64,000 nt of DNA from Octopus vulgaris. Lineage: Eukaryota. The stretch lies in NCBI GenBank assembly GCA_951406725.2, contig OX597831.1, forward strand, positions 82,584,001 to 82,648,000. The letters are read 5' to 3'. The position numbers and the translations under genes are program-made. Below are positions 54,641 to 64,000 of this stretch, one piece after another; positions within the stretch are counted from its first letter, which is position 1; each line of letters begins with the position of its first letter. The notes under the pieces are model-generated. The model was not told the DNA's origin. It was given only the letters and a program-made list of their open reading frames with translations, and did no database searches.

Positions 54641-55139
54641 AGCCAGTCAGAATGTCTGCTGTGTCCCTTCCTGCAGTCTACACTTTCATAATCTCTGTTG
54701 CAGTCGTCCACGTCACGTCATCTCATGTCTTACAGCCTTTACAGTCTTTTTTTTACAGAGCATTGAGCAGAAGTCATGCCGTCAGAATTTTAGTACCTGG
54801 CACAAGTCATCATGATACAGTTGACTGTTTCCCAATATTCAGATGGCTTCCAGTTCTCCATATCATTTCACTTTTTTGCAACTACAACTTTAATCTTTAT
54901 GCTTTCCAATGTCTTTTCAGGAACAACTTGTTGTTCCTGAAAAGTGGAGATGAAAAATTGTCAAGTTTAGCACAAACACCCTGTATATACACATACACAC
55001 ACATGTATCCCTATAAATACAATATAACTCCTTGCAGTGCTTCAAGAAGTCAGTTTCATTGTAGTGGGCAGGTTTTCATAAAACCCTGTCTCACAAGATA
55101 TCTTGGTCCTTTGTCATCTCCTCTGGGAAGTTCAACCTT

Positions 55140-56186
55140 CACCACACCATGCCAATGTCTTCCTTGTCCACAGGCTCCAGTCACATTTGATGATTGTCAC
55201 TTCTTTATAGACAACTGTCCTCATCCATACAAATCACGTGTCTGTACCAGAGCAGTCTTCTTTCTTGCAAACTACATCTGATTCCTCTTATGGTCAGTCT
55301 TTCTCTCACCACATTTCACATCCAATGGAGTACGCTCACTTCATTTCGCTCCAGCCTTCTCAGGGTCTCTGCATTCACAACCCATGTCTTGCTACCATGC
55401 AGCACTTCAGTCCTAACACAAGTATCGTACAATCTGATCTTCACACCTAAGGAAAAGATTTAAGTGACTCAGTTCCTGGTGTGGGAGTAGAAACTGCTCC
55501 AGTGCATTCACCACATATGCATTTTCAGATTGTCTGCTAGTGATTCTAATACATCTCTTGTGTGTCCAATGCTTACATTGAATACAGTATATGGAATTTA
55601 TACTTACTCCTCTCCTGCATATTGAACAAGACCATTTCCTTGAAGGGATCAGGATCCTAACTTCTTTTCAACTTGCTAAAACTTTTTTAGGTTTACCTTA
55701 AGGCCTCTCAATTCCAGTTTTAGCTTCCAATCCTGGAATTTCCTCTTTAATTCCACTATGGATTCAACTATGAGAACTCAACCACCAACATATAGATTTC
55801 ATGGACATCTACCCTTAAACCCCTCTGTGATGGTCTGTAAAACTATGATAAATAGGAGGGGGCTGAGGACTGAGCTTTGATGGACTCCAACCCTCACACC
55901 AAATTCCTCCCTTAAGTCATTGTAGACTCTCAATTTACTTACTGCATCTTTAGACATAGTTTGTACAGCTCTCACAAGCCATTCATCAATGCCTAATTTC
56001 CTTAGTAATCACCATATAACTGTATGTGGGACCCTGTTGAAAACCTTCTCCAGGTCAACAAAAGCCAAGAATAATGGTTTTCTCTGAGCCAAGTATTTCT
56101 CCTGTAGTCCTCACTTGGGTGATTACAACTGTGATACCTCTTCCAGGGCCAAAACCAAGCGCATCTCATCTAGAGCTATCCTAATT
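55140..56186 (-). mobile_element. RTE-type LINE RT fragment (old)
   Basis: Minus strand LAFVDLEKVFNRVP and GVHQSSVLSP.LFII; degenerate YADD. Confidence 0.7.
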
Positions 56187-56218
56187 GTGTGTGTAAGCAT
56201 GCATGTGTGTGTGCATGC

Positions 56219-56256
56219 GTGTGTGTGAGTATATATAACATATATATATCCCTTAA

Positions 56257-56306
<50 letters not shown>

Positions 56307-56344
56307 TTAAGGGATATATATATGTTATATATACTCACACACAC
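56219..56344. repeat. Perfect 126-bp palindrome centred on (AT)21
   Basis: ..GAGTATATATAACATATATATATCCCTTAATCTC-(AT)n-GAGATTAAGGGATATATATATGTTATATATACTC.. Confidence 0.9.
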
Positions 56345-56362
56345 ATGCACACACACACACAT

Positions 56363-56412
<50 letters not shown>

Positions 56413-57012
56413 GTATATATGAAAAAGAGCAAAAATACATTCAGACTATGTAGCATGAATTGACTGGCTTAGTTTGAAGAGAAGAAATTTAGAAGATTTG
56501 GATGTGAAAGAGGAAATGGAATGGAGAGAGAGTTTCAAAAATATGGAACAATGGTAAGAGTGAGTTAAGAACACATTTGTGTTGAGGGGGAAAGATGTCT
56601 GAAAGGAAGATTATGGGAGAAATGGAAAGAAACTAGGACTGATGCTAAAAGGGTTAATGTGGGAAATTATAAAGGAATCTGTGTTCATTCCACTGAAACA
56701 GTTGGTGATGAATGGGGAGGTGAGAAAATGGTGTTAACGAGTGGGTGAACTAGGTCTTCAAATACTTGTTGTTGCTGTTGTTGTTTATCTCTACATAAGC
56801 CCTGATGCCACAGACCTTTCCTAGCCTTGAGTACGATTGAGCTTTTATTAAGATATAGTGTATCTAAGAGTACATTAGCTAATGTGCCATATTTTTCTGC
56901 AATAACAAGGTGTAACAGGAAGGAGTACTGTCTGTTATTTTAGGCAGATTCATACGAATTGTATAGAAGCTGCCTTTCAGCGAACACACACACACACACA
57001 CACGCACGCACG

Positions 57013-57083
<71 letters not shown>

Positions 57084-57469
57084 ATAACATAGATTCAGGG
57101 TGGTGATGGTAAAATAATTATACCCATAATGAAAGAGCTCTATGAGTGGAATTTTATGGTGAAAACTTTGTCAAAAGATATTAACAACAAAAAATTGGTG
57201 TGGCTTAAAGTGGTGAAAAACGAAGGTGATCGTTTTAACAAATCAAAAATATTCTTGCCATTTTAAAATATTTAGCATTATAAAAGATGGTACTCAATGT
57301 CAGAGGGTGCTTAGCTTTAATGGTTCCAGCATGTTTAGCTGGAATATGAGAGCTAAAGAGTTTGATTCTCTGTAGAGACTTGATGGCCACTTTTTCCCTC
57401 ATTTTCTAAAGGGTATTTAACCAATCTTCCAAGTTTGTTTCACAGTTATTCTGCATTTTAGATTTCCTT

Positions 57470-57770
57470 TCATCATCATCATTTAACGTCTGTTTTCCAT
57501 GCTAGCATGGGTTGGACGGTTCGACCGGGGTCTGGTAAGCCATGGAGGCTGCACCAGGCTCCAGTCTGATCTGGCAGAGTTTCTACAGCTGGATGCCCTT
57601 CCTAACGCCAACCACTCCAAGAGTGTAGTGGGTGCTTTTAACGTGCCCCTGGCACAGGGGCTAGAGGAGGCTGGCAAACGGCCACAATCGGTTGGTGCTT
57701 TTACATGTCACTGACACGGATGCCAGTCAGGCGGCGCTGGCATTTGCCATGTTCGGACGGTGCTTTTATT
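57470..57770 (-). mobile_element. RTE-type LINE 3' end (young copy)
   Basis: (CAT)n TTTAACGTC..CCATGCTAGCATGGGTTGGACGG..GGATGCCCTTCCTAACGCCAACCACTCC. Confidence 0.8.
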
Positions 57771-58457
57771 TTCTATAAAATACCAACTCACTTTATGCTT
57801 CAAAGTTTGTTTATAAAAATACATCATTCACCCATGGCAGTCAACTTTTTGTCACTCGCGTGCATTTCTAGCCTTCATTACTGATTCAGTTATTTTTAAT
57901 TTAATTTAATATTTTTGATTAAAAAATCTTTTTGTAATAAGCTAAAATATTTCTGTCTTATTTTTGATATTACTAGAATGAAAAATCTAAAGGTAAATAT
58001 AATTAATTATAATAATGGAAGTGCTGCCCAGAAAAAGTGGATGTTTCTTCAAAACAGTTTTTTAAAAATTATTCTTTACTCTTATATTGGAATTACATAT
58101 ATTCTACAAGAATATAATTTCAACACAATATCTGTGATTTAAAATTTTGGGATAATGAATTTTATTAAGACAATAAAATTTTTTTAATGATCAAATACTA
58201 AAAATAAGAGAAACAATTTAGCTTAATACAAAGAAATTCTTAAAGTAAAAATATTAATTTAAATTTTAAAAACTGCAATAAAAAGCAAAAAAGGTGCAAA
58301 CACTATTTGATGGAGAATTTCAGAAATGAATTTGGCAAATTCTAACTTCAGCAGCAATATTTCAAGTTTTTTGTTTCTTTTTGTCTTCTTCAATATTTCC
58401 AGGTTCAATATTTAAGAATAATCTAGCATTCTGCGCCATCATTTTTCATTCTAGTAT

Positions 58458-58498
<41 letters not shown>

Positions 58499-60546
58499 CA
58501 CAACACACACTCACACACACATATTTATATATATAGAGTTGTTGTGTTACGATATGAAAAGTGTATTGATTCTGTTCTGTATCTCGACTCGAATCACTCA
58601 TGATATATACAGGAATGCATTGCATAATAAAGGGGGGGGGGCGTGGGAGTGGAGGTGGTGGTTTTGACATTTCTAAATGACAAGAGACTCTGACAGACAC
58701 AATGTCACCACAACCACAGACACATGAAACAACGCAGCCACACGGCTTAACAGATGAAGGGAGGCAACTCTGTTTCCTTCACCTAGCTGCTAGTATAAGC
58801 AGCTAAAACTCACTTCTTCACCTGTTTTTCTCTCACTCTTTTCGCACTGACACACGCATACAGGGACAGGCATATGCACACAAGCACATACACATCCATG
58901 TAGGGACACACACATACGGGGTGGCACGCATACACATGCAGAGATGCATGAATACACACAGAAGTATATAGACACACACACACACACACACACGTATACA
59001 CATTCTCTCTTTCTCCCCTTTTTCCACCACCTGTTAATTACACTCTCTCTTTCTCCCTCTCACCATTCTCTGTCACACTTTTCTCTCTCTTTGCCAATCT
59101 TACCTTGTTTCTTCTTCATCTTCTTCATCTCCATCTACCCAGCCCCATTGACGTAATGCAGTGCTGAGTGTGAGATATGAACCTGTGTCCTGTTGGACAG
59201 ATGCCTACCACTCTCCTACTAACTCAGTCTGAGTCTGACATTCTAAGAATGAGTGCTTAGAAATATATACACCCACAGAATGAGTGTTTAAAAATACATA
59301 CACCCAGAGCTTAACCCCTACACTCAATCATTCACAATCATTCTTAAAGGTCTTATGACTATAGAGAAAAAGAGCCCAAACACAAGGGACCAGGTATGGT
59401 GCTGCATATTGAACTCACAACATATAAGATTATTATTGATGTTGTCGTTTTATAGTAAACCTAGAACTGGAGGAGGAAATAAGCAAAGCTCTCCATCACC
59501 AACAAGCCAAGAGAAAGTGGTTTAAATAAATGTAGTTACTGTGAGAACAAGAAACAGGCCTGATGTTTTGAGCCAAGAGCTCTTCATCAAGGGAGTAAAT
59601 CGACGAATTTTGTGTGTATGTATTTAATTCCTACACAGAGTATCAACCAATTACCTGCTAGCAATTCCATCACAGCTGAGGCAGGGTACAACTCACCTGA
59701 AGCAAAATATCAAGAGTCAAATATTACCATTTAGCTAGTATTTAGTCAGTAACCTAATTTGTAGCTTCTCTCTCTCTCTCTCTCTCATCATAGCAGTTAT
59801 TTCCATGTAGAATGTAGTTGAGTTGGATACTTATCTCCATTGGGATTCTATTGCCAACTCAGTATTAACTTAATGTGCTCCACCCCCCACTGCTAACATC
59901 ACACACACAAGCACCACAATCAAGCACAACAACTGATGCCCAGAACATTTGAGACATCTGATTAAAGAAAAACTGGGAAAATCTTCTCTCTCCCCACTGA
60001 AGAAGGAGGCTCGATTTTCCCAATGCTTCTTTGCTTCTATGACTGGTTGCATCTGCCAACCTTATGAAGTAACACCATACCTTCCCCCCCTCTAATTCTT
60101 TGAGTCTATAGACTCTGAGTAAGTTTGTTCTGGTAATATATAAATATCTATTTAGATTTGAATGTTACTCATGAGAAAACTTTCAGTCTTTGCCTTTTCC
60201 TTATCTACATATATACACATATATAGAGTGAATAGATGAAATCCAAAGGATATTATCTGCTTATTTGCATCATTGTCTCTATATGTATGTGTGTGTGTGT
60301 GTGTGTGTGTAGTTTGTAGATTAGCGACAGGTATCCTTTGTATAGAATATACTTCGTAGTGCTCAAGAGACTTGAACTTGAGCAGGGAGAGGAATTAATG
60401 TAAGGAGAAGCAAGTTAGACAAGTTGATATACAAAAAGTCTTTAATACATTTACTGCAAAAATTGTACATAGGTACACACATAAAAAAAATCTGGTTTTC
60501 ATAGAATGTATATATATATATGTATGTGTGTGTGTGTTTGTATATA

Positions 60547-60931
60547 TCTCTCTCTATATAAACGGCAGTTTGTCTGTGCGTTTTCTGTGTGTCTGTTTTC
60601 TCGTACCCTCACTCTGACCACGGCTTTCAACCGATTCTGATGAAACTTGACACACACATAGCCCAATGTCATAATTCAAAACTAACGCAGCGAAAATTTT
60701 GAAAAGTTCCCCCAGTTCTGAAAAAAAATCGATAAATTCGACATGGGGTCGAGAATCAGAAACCCAAACCACAGACCGTCTAGGGGACGCAACTCCACCT
60801 TTTTTAACTCTCAAAAAAAATTTACCATAATTTTTTTTCCATTTTTTTGCTATTTTTTGGCTATAACTCTCTAAAAATGCTTTATAGTTATTTCCCTTAC
60901 AAACCTGAGCAACGCCGGGCGATACTGCTAG
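60547..60931 (+). mobile_element. Non-autonomous Helitron-like element
   Basis: 5' A|TC.., 3' hairpin CCTGAGCAACGCCGGG followed by CTAG|T; inserted in (TA)n/(TG)n. Confidence 0.75.
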
Positions 60932-61059
60932 TGTATATATATATATATATATATATACAGATGTTCTAAAATCTACACAGCCTTGGTCTTTTATCACATT
61001 ATGAAAAAAATTTATATATGTGTATATCATTGTCATCATCATCATCGTTTAACATCCAT

Positions 61060-61198
61060 TAAGAAGCTTGCTTCCCAGCCACATAGTTCTAGGTTCAATC
61101 CCACTGCATGGCACCTTGGACAAGTGTTTTCTACTATAGCATCAGGCTGACCAATGCCTTGAGAGTGGATTTGGCTGATGGAAACTGAAAGAAACCTG

Positions 61199-61249
<51 letters not shown>

Positions 61250-61339
61250 TAGATAGATAGATAGATAGATATGTATGTGTATATATATCATCATCATCAT
61301 CATTCAACGTCCGTTTTCCATGCTAGCATGGGTTGGATG

Positions 61340-61387
<48 letters not shown>

Positions 61388-61605
61388 GTGTGTGTGTGTT
61401 TGTCTCTTGCCACTGCTTGACCACTGGTGTTGCTGCATTTACATCTCCATAACTTAGCAGTTTGGCAAAAGAGTCCAAAAGAATAAAATCAAGCTTTAAA
61501 AAGAAAAATATGTCTTGGGGTTGATTCGTTCAACTAAGATTCTTCAAAGTGGTGCCCCAGCATGGCCACAGTCTAATGACTAAAGCAAGTAAAAGGTAAA
61601 AGAGT
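61060..61605 (+). mobile_element. SINE family B with expanded internal (TA)n and a nested RTE 3' tip (about 61288-61340)
   Basis: AAGAAGCTTGCTTCCC..GGCACCTTGGACAAGTG..GGAAACTGAAAGAA..(TA)n..GTGCCCCAGCATGGCCACAGTC. Confidence 0.75.
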
Positions 61606-62369
61606 TTGCCATATCAATGGATCCTATAGAATGTCTTGCTGTGAAGAAGACGCACAGACATTCACAGCATTCAGCTGGTCTATACGGCTGGGTTCTCTCA
61701 TCCAGTTTGATGGCAGGGGACAGCAGTCTGAGGGTTTAAGACACTGGGGACCACAAAGGCAACAGGCATCAACAGGAATCTATCAATGGATCATGTTCCA
61801 CTGCTCTGAGTAGGGGTCAAAGTAAATCAGCTGACAGACGACCTGCCCTCCTCCTCCTCCTCCTCTTCCTTCTCCTTGAACAGGGAAACTTTGATCTCAT
61901 CTGGCATCTGATGTTGCTGCAGCTAAGGCTAACAGGTTTCAGTTGTAATGGTAAGCAAGCAACACCATGTCTTTAATGAGATCATTTGTGAGGGAAACGT
62001 GCCACACTGTCACATTGAGGTGTGAGGGCAATACGGGTTTGTGAAAACGGTATCATTATTTGATTGCAAAGCTGAGAGGTAAACAGGTGACCTAAGAACA
62101 CAGTTCTACATGAAATGACCATAACAACATGAAACAAATGTGATAATAAGTAACAGTTAATTAGTTTGATGAGACACAAAATGATGTTGATTAAACTTAA
62201 AGAATTCATTTAGTTTTGATAATGGCTACTTCTTTGTTGTAATATGACACGGGGTGGAGTTATGTCCAGATTGGATTAGTGAAGAATCTGTTTGGGTGGA
62301 GATATACTGGATTAACAGACATTTTCTACAGACCACATAATGATACCAATATTATATACTGATGGACAC

Positions 62370-62580
62370 TGGTGGGCTGGCAGAATCATTACCAGCCAGG
62401 CTAGAATGCTTAGTAGAATTTCGTCTGTCTTTATGTTCTGAGTTTAAATTCCACCAGGGGCAACTTTGCCTTTCATCCTTTTGGGGTCGATAAAATAAAG
62501 GATTGGTCAAGTACTGGGGTAGATGTAATTGACTAGCCCCCTAAATTGCTGGCCTTGTGCCAAAATTTGAAACCAGTATT
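62370..62580 (+). mobile_element. SINE family A
   Basis: GGCTGGCAGAATC..GCCTTTCATCCTTTTGGGGTCGATAAAATAA..GGCCTTGTGCCAAAATTTGAAACC. Confidence 0.8.
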
Positions 62581-62599
62581 ACATATTGATTTAATACCT

Positions 62600-63080
62600 T
62601 GCGTATGGATGAAGACAGCTGCGTAAAGAAATGACAAGCTCTAATTGTGGAGGGAACCGGTACAAAGGGTAGACCGAGGAAGATGTGGAATGAAGTGGTG
62701 AGAAAGGATCTTCAGATGCTGGGCTTCACAAATGACAAGGGAGCAGGAGTTGTGGTGTTTTGCTTGAAGATGTGTCAAGCCAAATAAAATTAGGGTCATC
62801 CATACATACAGGCTTGTCTGTTACAGGTGCTGGTGCCTCATAATATGCACTCGTACCAGTGATGCATGAACGCACCCATGCCAGTGGAGCATAAAGAGCA
62901 CCCAGTACACTCTGTAAAGTGGATGGCATTAGGAAGGGCATCCAACTGTAGAAATAATGCCAAAACAGACAACTGGAGTTTGGACAGCTCCCCAGCTGGC
63001 CTGCTCCAGTCAAACTGTCCAACCCATGCCAGCATAGAAAGCAGACATTAAACAGTGATGATGATGATGATGATGATGAT
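62600..63080 (+). mobile_element. RTE-type LINE C-terminus and 3' UTR
   Basis: RMDEDSCVKK..GRPRKMWNEVVRKDL; 3' CCAACCCATGCCAGC..ATTAAAC..(GAT)n. Confidence 0.75.
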
Positions 63081-64000
63081 TACATATTGATAGACCAGGC
63101 GACTCTTTAAGTTTTATTAATTCTAAGTAGTAAAATAGACAACTTATTATTAACCCTACTTTGTAGGGGACAAGGAGCTCTGCTACACATCTGACCCACT
63201 TTTAAGGGATTAGATCTGTAGCACAGAAAGAAATATATTAATGAAAACACAGATTTAGATTTTAAGGGGAAGATCTCAAACAAAGAGAAAACATAGGAGT
63301 GGGCAGATGATGTCATTAGTGTTGGTGTGGATAGAATGAAAGAGAGGGGCAGAAAGAGAGAGAGAGAGAGAGTGTGAGGCCTGGTTGAGGGAGACAGAAA
63401 GTTAATTAACCATAATTAATTGCTGATTGATTTTTTTTGCCTTTTTTGTCCTTAAAAAGAAATCGATTCATTAAGTTGCCACCAACTTTTACAGAATGGT
63501 CAGCTGGACATTCTTCATGGGGGTTTCCTACCAATTCCAGGTTGACACAAAGTCTATGAAAATGTCAATGATGATGAAGATGATGGTCGTGGTGGAGGGC
63601 AAGGATGGAATGGTCATGTTTTCTCTTACGGCTACAGATACTAGACATTATTATATGGCACTGTGGTATATATACTGAGGCCAATATATAGCACCAACAG
63701 TACTATATAGAACTTTTGTGGTCAGTATGATGCTGTCTTGTAGGAGAATTCCAGATAATGGCCACCACAGATGTAGAATGGAGTACTGACACAATCTACA
63801 AAGGAGAAAACTCTGATGCATCAATCAACGGCGGAGCTTTTGTTCTGTTGGCAGAGACCATCTTTGTGTCACAGAACCTAATTGAAGGAATATTTTGACG
63901 ACATACATAGGATGTATGTAAAAATGCTCCTTCAAATATAATATACATCAATATGTGTGTATGTAGATATACATCAAATGTGTGTATAAGGATATACATC

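Noticed and set aside
54625-55281. 218-aa ORF
   Set aside because: Runs across mariner remnant, unique DNA and antisense RTE sequence; composition not protein-like
63744-63898. Possible plus-strand exon (EFQIMATTDVEWS..EGIF*)
   Set aside because: About 50 codons with no recognisable family; compatible with chance

Overview
AT-rich, microsatellite-dense eukaryotic DNA. The repeat families and the (CA)n/(AT)n/(AAT)n load suggest an octopus-type cephalopod genome (inference). It looks intronic or intergenic: I found no confidently recognisable cellular gene, rRNA, true tRNA or CRISPR array. The recognisable sequence is mostly transposon remnants: about 7 R4/Dong-type (RT + CCHC + PD-D/ExK endonuclease) non-LTR pieces, 2 Tx1/L1-type LINEs plus a fragment, many RTE-type LINE pieces with (GAT)n tails, three tRNA-type SINE families, a DD37D (maT-like) mariner relic, two Helitron-like elements, one Helentron/DINE-1-like element and piggyBac-like MITEs. 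Main points: (1) a recurrent, strand-polarised arrangement around (TAA)n tracts, with Dong elements ending in (AAT)n and Tx1 LINEs plus a SINE family that shares their 3' end ending in (ATT)n, repeatedly tail-to-tail; (2) a 2-kb array of 81-bp (42+39) units that reads as a 33% His polypeptide and starts at a possible splice acceptor; (3) a candidate small orphan gene on the minus strand at about 27.0-29.6 kb; (4) local templated duplications and a perfect 126-bp palindrome. All boundaries were read by eye and are approximate.
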